Source of the DNA: an uncultured Actinomycetota bacterium
Lineage (GTDB): Bacteria; Actinomycetota; Actinomycetes; S36-B12; GCA-2699445
Reading direction: 5' to 3'
NCBI GenBank assembly: GCA_963706835.1
Contig: CAVPOB010000016.1
Coordinates: 132,093 to 196,092, forward strand
Length of the DNA stretch: 64,000 nt
Made by a program: the position numbers and the translations under genes. Shown here piece after piece: positions 49,728 to 60,264 of the stretch; the first letter of the stretch is position 1, and each line of letters begins with the position of its first letter. A model generated the notes under the pieces. That model saw nothing but the letters and a program-made list of their open reading frames with translations, searched no databases and was not told the origin of the DNA.

Positions 49728-50565
49728 GTGGGAATGCAGACCGACCAGCCGCCCGGCCCGGACGTCGTCGTGGACTGCCGTGCAGTGGACGTGGTGAAGG
49801 GCGGCAACCCCGTGGTGCGCGGGGTGGATTGGACCGTGCGGGCCGGTGATCGATGGGTCGTGATCGGCCCCAACGGAGCCGGCAAGTCGTCGTTGCTGAA
49901 CGTGATCTCGGCGCGCGCGCAGCCGACGGCGGGCGAGGCGTGGGTGCTCGGGGAGCGGCTCGGGCTGGTTGACGTGTTCCAGTTGCGGCCGCGCATCGGA
50001 GTCGTCGGGCCGGCGGTGGCCGCCGCCATCGCGCCGCGGGAGCGGGTGCGCGATGTGGTGCTGACTGCCGCGTGGGGCAGTACGGGCCACTGGCGGGAGG
50101 AGTACGCGGCCATCGACCTCGAACGGGCGCACGCGCTGCTGGACTGGCTGGGCGCCGGGTCGCTGCGCGATCGCGCCTTCGGCACGCTGTCCGACGGGGA
50201 GCGCAAGCGGGTCCTGGTAGCACGGGCGATGATGCCGGACCCGGAGTTGCTCGTCCTCGACGAACCGGCCGCGGGACTGGATCTGGGTGCCAGGGAGAGC
50301 GTGGTGGCGATGCTGGCGGCCCTGGCCGCGGACCGCAGCGCCCCCGCCATCGTGCTCGTCACCCACCACGTCGAGGAGATCCCGCAGCAGTTCAGCCACG
50401 CGATGCTGCTGTCGCCACGGCGAGGTCGTCGCAGCGGGGCCGTTGGCGGAGGTGGTGACCGGTGCCGCTTTGGGCCGCACCTTCGGCATGCCGATCCAAG
50501 TCGGCCGATACGCCGGCCGGTACTTCGCCGTCGCGACCCGATCCGAGCAGCGTCACATCCCCTAG
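49728..50565 (+). pseudogene. ABC transporter ATP-binding protein, one frameshift near 50415
   Basis: GPNGAGKSS, LSDGERKRVLVARA, LLVLDEPAAGLD and VTHHVEE ... HAMLL, then in another frame (ORF 50287-50565) HGEVVAAGPLAEVVTGAALGRTFGMPIQV ... The frameshift makes ORF 49728-51029 read through into the next gene. Confidence 0.8.
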
Positions 50566-50603
50566 CACGTGTGGGGACTGCTCGGCGGCCGTACAGTGGA
50601 GAC

Positions 50604-51029
50604 GTGGATCCGTGGTTGGCTTGGCTGTTGGCTGCCCTCGTCCTCGGTGCGCTGGAGTTGCTCACCGGTGGGACGCTGGTGCTGTTCATGCTGGCCGGGG
50701 GAGCGGTGGCCGGCGGCCTGACGGCGGCGCTGACCGACAACGCGTTCCTGCCTTGGGTGGTGTTCTCGATCGTCAGTGTGGGGCTGCTGGTCGTTGTGCG
50801 GCCGGTGGCCAAGAATCACGCGCGTCAGCCCCTTGAGCTGCGCAGTGGCGTTGCACGGCTGGTCGGGGAGTCGGCCGAGGTCATCTCCGAGGTGAACGGG
50901 CGCGATGGACGCGTGAAGCTGCACGGCGAGATTTGGTCGGCCAGGGCGTTCGACGGCGCCACGACGTTCGCCCCCGGCCAGTCGGTACAGGTGTTGGAGA
51001 TCGAAGGCGCAACCGCATTGGTGGGATGA
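50604..51029 (+). CDS. NfeD-family membrane protein
   Basis: GTG 50604. Two TM spans, then an OB-fold C-terminus (GESAEVISEVNGRDGRVKLHGEIWSARA ... VQVLEIEGATALV). Immediately precedes the SPFH gene. Confidence 0.8.
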   Translation: MDPWLAWLLAALVLGALELLTGGTLVLFMLAGGAVAGGLTAALTDNAFLPWVVFSIVSVGLLVVVRPVAKNHARQPLELRSGVARLVGESAEVISEVNGRDGRVKLHGEIWSARAFDGATTFAPGQSVQVLEIEGATALVG

Positions 51030-51030
51030 C

Positions 51031-51987
51031 ATGGATATCGAGGCCGGCACGATTCAAGCGCTCGTCGTGGGACTGATTCTTTTCCTCACGGTGCTGGTGC
51101 TGCTGGTGAAGACGGTTCGGATCGTGCCGCAGGCGCATGCCGGGATCGTGGAGCGGCTCGGCCGCTACCAGCGGACACTGACACCCGGGCTGGCGTTGAT
51201 CATCCCGTTCATCGACCGGGTGCGACCGCTGATCGATCAGCGCGAACAGGTGGTCTCCTTCCCGCCCCAGTCGGTGATCACGCTGGACAACCTCGTGGTC
51301 AACATCGATTCGGTCATCTACTTCCAGGTCACCGACCCCAAAGACGCCTCCTACGAGATCGCCGACTACATCACCGGCGTTGAGCAGTTGACGGTCACAA
51401 CGCTGCGCAATGTGGTGGGCGGTATGGATCTGGAGCGCACCTTGACCTCGCGCGAGGAAATCAACATGGCGCTGCGCGGCGTCCTCGACGAGGCCACCGG
51501 ACGCTGGGGGATTCGGGTGAATCGAGTAGAGCTGAAGGCGATCGATCCGCCTCCCTCCATCAAGGATTCGATGGAGAAGCAGATGCGGGCCGAGCGCGAC
51601 AAGCGCGCCGCGATCCTGAACGCCGAGGGCAACCGGCAGGCGTCGATCCTCAACGCCGAGGGCAACCGGCAGGCGTCGATCCTCAACGCCGAGGGCGACG
51701 CGAAGGCCGAGGTGCTGCGGGCCGAGGCGAAGGCAAGGGCCGAGAGCCTGCGCGCGGACGGCCAGGCCCAGGCGATCCAAACGATCAACGCTGCGCTGCG
51801 CGAGGGTCGGGTGGACTCCACGATGCTCACCTATCAGTACTTGCGGCAGCTGCCGGAGATCGCCAAGGGCGACGCCAACAAGGTGTGGCTCATCCCGGCA
51901 GAGTTCGGGCAGGCGATGGCCAAGATGAGCGCCGTCCTGGGCTCGGCCGGTCAACTGAGCGACGCCCCGGAGGAGCCCGAGCAGTAG
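51031..51987 (+). CDS. SPFH/band-7 (stomatin/prohibitin-like) protein
   Basis: 318 aa. N-terminal TM, RIVPQAHAGIVERLGRY, and a coiled-coil AEG repeat region containing a perfect 33-bp duplication. Confidence 0.9.
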   Translation: MDIEAGTIQALVVGLILFLTVLVLLVKTVRIVPQAHAGIVERLGRYQRTLTPGLALIIPFIDRVRPLIDQREQVVSFPPQSVITLDNLVVNIDSVIYFQVTDPKDASYEIADYITGVEQLTVTTLRNVVGGMDLERTLTSREEINMALRGVLDEATGRWGIRVNRVELKAIDPPPSIKDSMEKQMRAERDKRAAILNAEGNRQASILNAEGNRQASILNAEGDAKAEVLRAEAKARAESLRADGQAQAIQTINAALREGRVDSTMLTYQYLRQLPEIAKGDANKVWLIPAEFGQAMAKMSAVLGSAGQLSDAPEEPEQ

Positions 51988-52270
51988 CCGCCTCGGCCGG
52001 GGCCGGTGGGCGGTGACCGGACCGGCCCGGCGCCTCGGCTTCGCGGTTTCTGGCGCCTCGGTTCCGGCCTGGTGCCGTTGGCCCGCGGCGCGGTGCTCGC
52101 GCGGCGGAGAGAGGCTAGCTGCCGGGTTGGCCCACGCTGCAGGGCCCGGTTGCTCGAGGGTTGCGCAGCTTGGCGGCTCGCGGCTGATCCTCGGTGGCAG
52201 GTTCACCGCGTTGCCCGTCCCTCGCCTCCACCAGTCGCAGGTGCGCACCACTCCAGGGAGGTCCGCCGGG

Positions 52271-53072
52271 TCTGCAACCGGGACGGGGGTCTGCACCCGT
52301 TCTGGGGGTTTGCACCCGGCGCAGGGGGGCGGATGGCGGAGACGCCCCTTCTCGGGCCAAATGACCCCCGCCCCGGGTGCACACCGGCTCATCGCGATCG
52401 GGAGTGTGGTGCGCTCGCGTGTCCGCGGGTGGAGCGAGCGGGCGCCGGGGCTCGAGCGTCTGGTGCGCGGGGCGAGTCTGCACCCGGTTCGGGGGTTTGC
52501 ACCCGCCGCGGGGGCGGAATCGGCCGGTGCGCGGGGCGAGTCTGCACCCGGTTCGGGGGTTTGCACCCGCCGCGGGGGCGGAATCGGCCGGATCAGGGCT
52601 CACAGCCCCCGCGCCGGGTGCAAACCCCCATACCGGGTGCACAGTTGCCGTCCCGGAGGCGCTCTCAGCCCCCGTCCCAGGTGCAAACCCCCGCAACGGG
52701 TGCACCGTCGCTTCGTGGGGCTGCCTGCAAACCCCCGCAACGGGTGCACCGTCGCTTCGTGGGGCTGCCTGCAAACCCCCGCAACGGGTGCACCGTCGCT
52801 TCGTGGGGCTGCCTCCAAACCCCCGCAACGGGTGCACAGTCGCTTCGTGAGGCTGCTCCCCATCCCCCCGCAACGGGTGCAGTCGCGCTACCGGTGGTGC
52901 CCTTAGCCCCTGCACGGGGCGCCGACACCCGCAGGAAGCGCAGTTCCGTCCCCGCCCTGAATGAGCCGCTTCGCCCCCACATTCCCCGCGGAAACGGCGC
53001 CCACCCCCAGTCACCGCCCGAACCAGTACACCCAGAGTCGCGATGAGCGTGCAAGCCCCGTTTCGGGTGCAC
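52271..53072. repeat. GC-rich composite repeat cluster D (largest)
   Basis: Forward units from 52271, including a 64-bp direct repeat x2 at 52462-52589. 25-nt spacer at 52580-52604, the inverse complement of the cluster A spacer at about 20/25 identity. Reverse units run from 52605 to about 53072. Confidence 0.9.
52682..52900. repeat. 44-bp tandem array (about 5 copies) inside cluster D
   Basis: TGCAAACCCCCGCAACGGGTGCACCGTCGCTTCGTGGGGCTGCC starts at 52682, 52726, 52770, 52814 and (degenerate) 52858. Confidence 0.9.
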
Positions 53073-53100
53073 ACATGCCACGCGCAGCGCGCAGCAGGGC

Positions 53101-53154
53101 GGGCGCGGCAGCAGCGGCGGGCGCGGCAGCAGCGGCGGGCGCGGCAGCAGCGGC
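53101..53154. repeat. 18-bp tandem repeat x3
   Basis: GGGCGCGGCAGCAGCGGC is repeated three times exactly. Confidence 0.9.
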
Positions 53155-53175
53155 CCCGCCGCCGCTGAACGATCC

Positions 53176-53922
53176 CTACCCCTGGCTCCGCAGCGGCAGC
53201 CGCGCCGACAACGGGGCGATCGCTAGCCCATCGAGCAGTCGCTGGTCGTCGGCGCGGTCGTGCGTGATCTCGATCGGCCAGTCGCGATCCAGTGACTCGG
53301 CGATCGCGGCGACGATCTGCGGATACGACCACGCCTCGTCTGCATTGGCATCCAGATGGTGCAGACCCGGCCGAGGGTTCGCCACCTGGTCCAGCAGCAC
53401 CTGCGCGGTGTCGTCCAGCAGGGAGGTGGCCGGAATCCAGTCGGCGCTGGCACGGATCGGTCCGCTTCCTGCCTGCTCGCGCAGATGCGCCGCCATATTG
53501 TTGCCCCCGCGCACCAGATCGATCTGGTAGCCCAGGCGCACGATGACCGCGGCACTGCTGGCCGCTCCCACCCGATCCTCGCATTCGGCCTTGTAGCGGC
53601 CGTAGTCGTCGGTGGCCGTCCGGGCATCGCCGGGCTGGTGCGGTCCGGGCGCGGCGAAGACCGAGGCGGTGCTGGTGAAGACGAAGGGGATCGCGGCCCG
53701 ACCGGCGAGTTCGGCCAGCTGCCCGGCCCAGGACGGCGCACCCATCGCGAGATGGAGGATGGCGTCCGGCGCGGTCCGGCCGACCATGCGCTCGATCGCC
53801 CTGGGATCGTCGGGCGATGCCGCGCCGCGGTCCCACGGCGTGACCGTCCAACCCGTTGCCCGGGCGGCATCGGCGACCGCCCCTCCCACCGTGCCCGTCG
53901 ATCCGGTCAACAGCAGATGCAT
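53176..53922 (-). CDS. NAD(P)-dependent sugar-nucleotide reductase/epimerase-like protein (RmlD substrate-binding domain-like)
   Basis: MHLLLTGSTGTVGGAV Rossmann motif and YGRYK (YxxxK); 248 aa. Confidence 0.7.
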   Translation of the reverse strand: MHLLLTGSTGTVGGAVADAARATGWTVTPWDRGAASPDDPRAIERMVGRTAPDAILHLAMGAPSWAGQLAELAGRAAIPFVFTSTASVFAAPGPHQPGDARTATDDYGRYKAECEDRVGAASSAAVIVRLGYQIDLVRGGNNMAAHLREQAGSGPIRASADWIPATSLLDDTAQVLLDQVANPRPGLHHLDANADEAWSYPQIVAAIAESLDRDWPIEITHDRADDQRLLDGLAIAPLSARLPLRSQG

Positions 53923-53969
53923 CGGCCGAGTATCGCACCTGAGACGCTGGACGGGTGGCCGTTGAACGG

Positions 53970-54834
53970 GTGACTGAGCTGGCCGATGCGCGGCTGGCCG
54001 ACTACACCAACCTGACCGACGTGGCGCTGCGGCGGGTGCTGGAGCCGCGGAACGGCCTGTACATGGCCGAGGGCGGACAGGTCATCAGCAGGGCGCTGGC
54101 CGTTGGTCACAGCCCCCGCTCCCTCCTTGTGGAGGACAAGCGGCTGCCCCAGGCGCTGGCCCTGCTGGCCGAGGCGGGCTGTGATGCCGCCGCACCCGAC
54201 ATGCCGGTCTACGTCGCGCCGGAGGCACTGATCCGCTCGGTGACCGGATACCGGGTGCATCGGGGATTCCTGGCGGCAATGGGCCGCCCAGCACCCCGAA
54301 CCGATGACGAGGTGCGCGCAGGCGCCTCCCGCATCCTGGTCCTGGCCGACCTGGTGGACCACACCAACGTCGGCGCGGCCTTCCGCAGTGCGGCGGCCCT
54401 CGGCTTCGACGCAGTGCTGGTGTCGCCGCAGCTGCGCCGACCCGCTCTACCGCCGCAGCGTCAAGGTCTCCATGGGGGCAGTGTTGTCGATGCCCTGGGC
54501 GGTGACGGCGCCCTGGCCGCAGGCACTGGATCGCCTGCGCGAGGACGGCTATCGCGTGGCAGCGCTGACCCCGGGCGAATCCGCGGTCGACCTCGCGACG
54601 GTGGCCGCCGATGCCCCACCGCGGATCGCACTGGTCGTGGGAACAGAGGGAGACGGGCTCGGACCGGACGCGATCGCCCGCGCCGACCTGGCGGTTCGCA
54701 TCCCGATGTTCGCCGGCATCGACTCGCTGAACGTGGCAGCCGCCACCGCGGTCGCCTGCTACGCCTTGGGCCCGGCTTCAGCCTCCGCCACTGGTGCGGC
54801 CGGCGAATCGGCGGAGCCACCGATCTTCCCCTGA
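53970..54834 (+). pseudogene. TrmH/SpoU-family RNA methyltransferase, one frameshift near 54430
   Basis: VTELADARLADYTNLTDVALRR ... LADLVDHTNVGAAFRSAAALGFDAVLVSPQ, then in the frame of ORF 54304-54834 CADPLYRRSVKVSMGAV ... ALVVGTEGDGL ... IPMFAGIDSLNVAAATAVACY. Confidence 0.8.
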
Positions 54835-56171
54835 CGGCTCCAGAGGATGAAGATGTAGAGGGGCACGCCGATCACGATGAGCATCCACAGCCAGTAGATC
54901 TCCTCGGTACCACCGCCGAGGAAGGCCAGGATGCAGAAGAGCAGGGCCAGCCCGGCCACGATCATCTTGCGCACGATGTGCTTGATCGGCGACCTTCCCG
55001 TGGTCCAGCACGAGCCACTTGATCTGGGCGGCGGCGCTGAAGGCATAGGACACCATGGTGGCCACCGCCGACACCAGCACGAGCGTGGCGACCGCGTCGC
55101 CGAGGTTGCCGCTGGAGTTCTGCAGCCACAGCACCAGCGACGCCAGCGCCCCGGAGATCCACAGCCCGGAACCGGGCGCGTGGTTGATGTTGAGCTTGCC
55201 GAAGACCCGCGGTGCCAGGCCGTCGAACTCCGCGGCCATCGGGATCTGGCCGGACAGCAGGATCAGTCCGTTCATCGCGCCGAGGCAGGAGATGCAGGCG
55301 ACCACCGCCACTGCGGTCCCGGCCCAACTGCCGAACATGTTCTCCGCTGCGACGGAGAATGCCGCATCGTTGGACTGCAACTCCTCGTTGGGCACTGCGC
55401 CGAAGACCGCGGTGGTGCTGAGCAGGTAGACCAGCGCGGCGGCGGAGGTGCCGATGAGCGTCGCGCGAGGGATCGTCTTGTCGGGCTCGTGGACGTCCCC
55501 CGCCGGAATCGTGGCTGCTTCCACGCCGATGAAGGCGAAGACGGTGAAGGCCATGACCTGGGTCAGCACGTCGAGGTCGAACAGCACCGATCGCCGGTGG
55601 CGTTCCACGGCCCGAGGTTGGCGGCGTCGAAGGCGATGAAGCCGAGCGTGCCGATGAGCAGCAGTGGGACGACCTTCAGGATGGTCAGCACGAACGACAG
55701 CATGCCGCCGGCCACCACGCCCTTGGTGTTGGTCATGGTGAGCAGCCCGATGATGACCACGGCGATGATCACCTGGATCCCGGTCTGGCCCTCCAGGTCC
55801 GGTATCAGCACCTTCAGGTACACCAGGAGCGACGAGGCGATGGCGCCGACACCGACCCAGGCCCCGATCCAGTAGGTCCAGGCCGACTGGAAGCCGATGA
55901 AGTCGCCGAAGCCCTGGCGCGAGAAGGCGTACGGTCCACCCACATCCGGCGTCCTGCGGGCCAGCGACGCGAAGACCAGGGCCAGCATGATCGACCCGCT
56001 CGCGGTGAGCAGGAAGCCGAGCAGGCTGATCGGGCCCCACTGCGCCAGCCAGGTCGGCTGGGTGAAGATGCCGGCGCCGATGATCGTTCCGGTGACCAGG
56101 GTCGTGGCCGGCCACAGCGTCAGCCCGCGTGCCTGAGCCTCGGTCTCCTGCGCTGGTTGCGGCGTGGTCAT
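54759..56171 (-). pseudogene. APC-superfamily amino acid permease, two frameshifts (about 55590 and 55015)
   Basis: Three pieces: MTTPQPAQE ... GTIIGAGIF ... NLGPWNATG (ORF 55563-56795); VMAFTVFAFIGVEAATIPAGDVHEPDKTIPRA ... AAQIKW (ORF 54778-56115); GRSPIKHIVRKMIVAGLALLF ... (ORF 54759-55046). The 3' end overlaps the convergent trmH-like gene by 76 bp. Confidence 0.85.
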
Positions 56172-56257
56172 CGTAGACTCCAGCAGTAGTCGATCACGGT
56201 CCTGTGAGCACACGCTATTGCCAACGCGCGGCCGGGGTGGGGAAATGGAGGACCTTG

Positions 56258-56813
56258 GTGTCCAGTTCGACGGATCTGCCGCAGACCTCAAGCCGTTCCG
56301 GGTGGCTGACCTCCGGTGAACTCGAAGCGGTGCGCGCTCACCTGCCGGTGGTCTATGTCGAAGTCGTGCCGGTGCGGCAGGACGGGAGCCGGTCGGGTGA
56401 CTGCGGTCGGGCTGCTGCTGGCGCCGACCCCGGACGGGGCCATCGCGCGGACCTTGGTGTCCGGTCGGGTGCTGCACGGGGAGCAGGTGCGCGACGCCAT
56501 CCTGCGCCACGTCGCCAAGGACCTCGGTCGGATGGCGATGCCGCGACTGCCGGTGAATCCGGCGCCCTTCACCGTGGTCGAGTACTTCCCGGATCCGACG
56601 GTCTCCGGTTTCCACGACCCGCGGCAGCACGCCATCGCGCTGGCGTTCGTCGTTCCCGTCGATGGCGACTGCCAGCCGTCCCAGGCAGACGCTGGACCTG
56701 GCGTGGGTGGCGCCGCGGCGAGGCGGTGTCGGCGGCGGTCGCCGAGGAGATGAGCGGCGGGCCGGGATCGGCTGGTGCGCATGGCGCTGGCCCATGCCGG
56801 CGTCCTGCCCTGA
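56258..56813 (+). pseudogene. DUF4916 (NUDIX-like) domain protein, about four frameshifts
   Basis: Segments in alternating frames: GELEAVRAHLPVVYVEVVPVRQDGSG / VTAVGLLLAPTPDGAIARTLVSGRVLHGEQVRDAILRHVAKDLG ... FHDPRQHAIALAFVVPVDGDCQPS / QTLDLAWVAP / GEAVSAAVAEEMSGG / RDRLVRMALAHAGVLP-stop. Confidence 0.65.
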
Positions 56814-56942
56814 GCGGAGTCGGGAGCCGCGACGCGGGGCCGGTCCGGCGGGGTCGGCACGCGCGAAATGGCCGCTCGAACGGCGATTGGTGGGCTGCGC
56901 GCGCTAAGTTGGCCGCGTCGCAGTCGCGACCCAGGGGGTGTC

Positions 56943-59055
56943 ATGGCTACGCCGGTCTACCTGATGTCGTTGGAGCCCAACAGCGGCAAGTCGCTTGGTC
57001 TCGCTGGGCGTGCTCGAGGTCGCGGCGAGCCAGGTCGATCGGATCGGGTACTTCCGCCCGGTGGTCCGCGCCGGCGACGGCCGGGACTCGTTGATCGAGA
57101 CCGTCCGCTCCGCCTATCAGCTGCACCAGGAGTACGACGAGTCCTACGGGGTGACCACCGATCAGACCCGTGGGCATGGGCGAGACGGTCCCGGCCAGCC
57201 TGCTGCACCAGATTCTGTCGCGCTACGAGGCGCTGGCCGATCAGTGCGACCTCGTGGTCATCGAGGGGACCGACTACACCGGGGCATCCGCGGCCTTCGA
57301 GTTCGCGCTGAACGCGGAGATCGCCTCGCAGTTCGGGCGCCGTCACGGTGCTGCGTGGAGCGCGCCCACCAGCACACGGTGGAGCAGGTGCGCGGCGCCA
57401 TCTCTGCCGCCGTCGCCAGCCTGCGCGACCGGAAGGTCTCGGTGGCCGCGGTCTTCGTCAACCGGGTCAGCGACAGATCAGCGCGAGGCGTACCAGCGAC
57501 TGGCGCAAGGAGTCGACGGCTACCCGGTTCGACTCATCGCCGACGCCCCGGACCTGAGCACCGCCCACGCTGGCGGAGGTGGCCGAGGCCACCGATGCGA
57601 CCCTCCTGCTCGGCACGGAGGAGGACCTGCGGCGGCCGGTGGGGGCCACCAAGATCGCCGCCATGACGCTGCCGCATTTCCTGACCCGGCTGGAGCCGGG
57701 TTCGCTCGTCATCTCCCCGGGGGATCGCGCCGATATCTTCCTGGCGTCCATGGCGACGCCGTTCGCCGCCGGGTTCCCCTCCGTGAGCGGACTGCTGCTG
57801 AGCGGCGGCTTCACACCGGACGATGTCGTGATGCGCTTCGCCGAGGCGCTGCGCGAGCAGCGCCTGCCGGTGCTGGCGACTCGGCTGGACACCTTCCAGA
57901 CCGCCGCGGCCGTGGCGCGAGGTCCGGGGCCGGATCGAGCACGGGGACGAGCGGCGGATCGCGGAGGCGCTGCGACTGTTCGAAGCGGCTGTCGATGGTG
58001 ACCAGTTGTGGCGGTGGCTGCACGCCGAGCGATCGGCCGTGACGACGCCGCTGATGTTCGAGCGCCGACTGGTAGCGGCGGCCAAGGCCGTCAAGCAGCG
58101 CATCGTGCTGCCGGAGGGTGAGGACGACCGGATCCTGCAGGCGGCCGACCTGCTGCTGCGGCGCGACGTCGTGAACTGGTGATCCTGGGCGACGGCCGGA
58201 CATCGCCGAGCGGTGCGACGTGCTCGGCGCTGGACCTGACGGGCGCCGAGATCATCGACCCGATGCGACCAGCCCCCTGCGCGACGAGTTCGCCGACTTG
58301 CTCTACGAGCTTCGCAAGCACAAGGGCATGACGCGCGATGTCGCCTACGACCAGGTCGCCGACGTGTCCTGGTTCGGCACCATGCTGGTGCACACCGGCC
58401 GCGTTGACGGCATGGTCAGCGGCGCCGCCCACACCACGGCCGACACCGTGCGCCCGGCACTGCAGATCATCCGCACCTCAGCCGGAGGTCTCGGTGGTGT
58501 CCTCGGTGTTCCTGATGGCGCTGCCGGACAAGGTGCTGGTCTACGGCGACTGCGCCGTGGTGCCCGACCCCGACTCCACGCAGCTGGCCGATATCGCGAT
58601 CTCCGTCGGCAGCCACCGCACAGCGTTCGGCATCGATCCCTACGTCGCCCTGCTGTCCTACAGCACCGGGTCCTCCGGCAGCGGGGCCGACGTGGAGAAG
58701 GTCGCCGCGGCGACCGCGCTGGTCCGGGAGCGGCGACCGGATCTGCTGGTCGAGGGCCCGATCCAGTACGACGCTGCGGTGGTGCCGTCGGTGGCCGCGT
58801 CGAAGCTGCCCGGTTCGCCGGTGGCGGGCCGGGCCACCGTGCTGGTGTTCCCCGACCTCAACACCGGCAACAACACCTACAAGGCGGTGCAGCGCTCGGC
58901 CGGCGCATTGGCGATCGGCCCGATCCTGCAGGGCCTGCGGCTGCCGGTCAACGACCTGTCGCGGGGCGCCACCGTCGACGACATCGTCAACACCGTGGTC
59001 ATCACGGCGCTGCAGGCGGTGTCCCCAGCGGCCGCCGACCGGCGAGGAGGCATGA
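56943..59055 (+). pseudogene. pta: phosphate acetyltransferase (long form with N-terminal DRTGG/CobB-like region), at least eight frameshifts
   Basis: MATPVYLMSLEPNSGKS / VSLGVLEVAASQVDRIGYFRPV ... / ... GSLVISPGDRADIFLA ... / QRIVLPEGEDDRILQAADLLLRRDV / ... [50 protein letters not shown] / [23 protein letters not shown] ... [15 protein letters not shown] ... are spread over all three frames. The 3' end is uncertain (59055 via one more shift, or 59102). Confidence 0.85.
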
Positions 59056-59058
59056 GGC

Positions 59059-60264
59059 ATGGCATCGGTGCTGGTGATCAACTCAGGCTCTTCCTCGCTT
59101 GAAGTACGCGCTGATCGATCCTGCACGAGGCCGAACCGCTCGCCGAGCGGCCTCGTCGAGCGCATCGGGGAGCGGGATGGGCCGAATCACCCACCAGGTG
59201 GCGGGCCAGCGGGAGGTCGGTCGAGGAGCCGGTGGCGGACCACGCCGTCTGCGTTCGAGCGCGTGCAGCAGTTGCTCGCCGGCAGCGACGTCATGGCGGC
59301 GGCGGGCGCCCTGGCGGCGGTCGGCCACCGCGTGGTGCACGGCGGGCCACGCTTCTCCGCAGCCGGCGATCGTGACGACGAGGTCCTGGCCGCCATCGAG
59401 GATGTCGTGCCGCTGGCGCCCGCTGCACAACCCCGCCAACCTGCTCGGGATTCGCGCCGCCATGCTGGCCTACCCCGACGCCCCGCACGTCGCGGTGTTC
59501 GACACCGCCTTCCACCAGACGATGCCTCCGGCGGCCTACACCTACGCCATCGACCGGTCGGTCGCCGAGGCCCACCAGTTCCGCCGGCTACGGCTTCCAC
59601 GGCACCAGCCACCGCTACGTGACCGCGCGCGACCGCCGACTACCTGGACATCTCGGCGGATCGACTGGATCTGGTGTCCCTGCACCTGGGCAACGGGGCC
59701 AGTGCGGCGGCGATCTCCGGCGGCCGCAGCATCGAGACCAGCATGGGCGTCGGCCCGCTGGAGGGTCTGGTGATGGGCACCCGCAGCGGCGACATCGATC
59801 CGACGATCATCTTCACGACTGCTGGAGTCGCGGGCATGTCGGCTGGCTGAGGTCGACTGCCCTGCTCAACCGCGGGTCCGGGATGAAGGGCCTGTGCGGC
59901 GACAACGACCTGCGCGTCGTGCAGGCAGCGCGCCGACGCCGGTGACGAGGCCGCCAACACCGCTCGACGGGTCTACGTGCACCGGATCAAGAAGTACCTG
60001 GGCGCCTACCTGGCCGTGCTCGGTCGCGCCGACGCGGTGGTCTTCACCGCCGGGGTGGGGGAGAACGATTGGTGGATTCGTCAGCAGGTCTGCGATGGCC
60101 TGCAGATGTTCGGCATCGCCATCGACCGCACCGCCAACCATGATCTGCGCGCCCGGGGCGAGATCCGCGACATCACGGCCGCTGGGGCCCCGGTGCGCGT
60201 GCTCGTCGTCCCCACCGATGAGGAACGGGAGATCGCCCAACAGGCGGTGGACCTTGTCACCTAG
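59059..60264 (+). pseudogene. ackA: acetate kinase, at least seven frameshifts
   Basis: [14 protein letters not shown] / KYALIDPA ... / [13 protein letters not shown] / [45 protein letters not shown] / [13 protein letters not shown] / [24 protein letters not shown] ... [16 protein letters not shown] / ... VHRIKKYLGAYLAVLGRADAVVFTAGVGEN ... VLVVPTDEEREIAQQ are in alternating frames. Confidence 0.85.

Noticed and set aside
49728-51029. A 433-aa ORF that looks like an ABC ATPase-NfeD fusion protein.
   Set aside because: The conserved ATPase C-terminus (HGEVVAAGPLAEV...) continues in another frame and stops at 50565. The apparent fusion is caused by a one-base frameshift near 50415. NfeD has its own GTG at 50604.
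52271-53072. A CRISPR array, suggested by the regular 44-bp and ~63-bp periodicity of a conserved ~41-nt core with ~20-nt linkers (also seen in clusters A-C).
   Set aside because: The linkers are too short and are themselves repeated, not unique spacers. Unit orientation flips within each cluster. The tandem copies are near-identical over their full length. No cas genes or leader are present in the window.
52006-53938. Long ORFs through repeat cluster D (346 aa and 297 aa on +, 607 aa on -).
   Set aside because: Same reasoning: repeat-derived pseudo-peptides. The 607-aa minus ORF is an out-of-frame read-through running antisense through the repeats and over the real epimerase-like gene (53176-53922).
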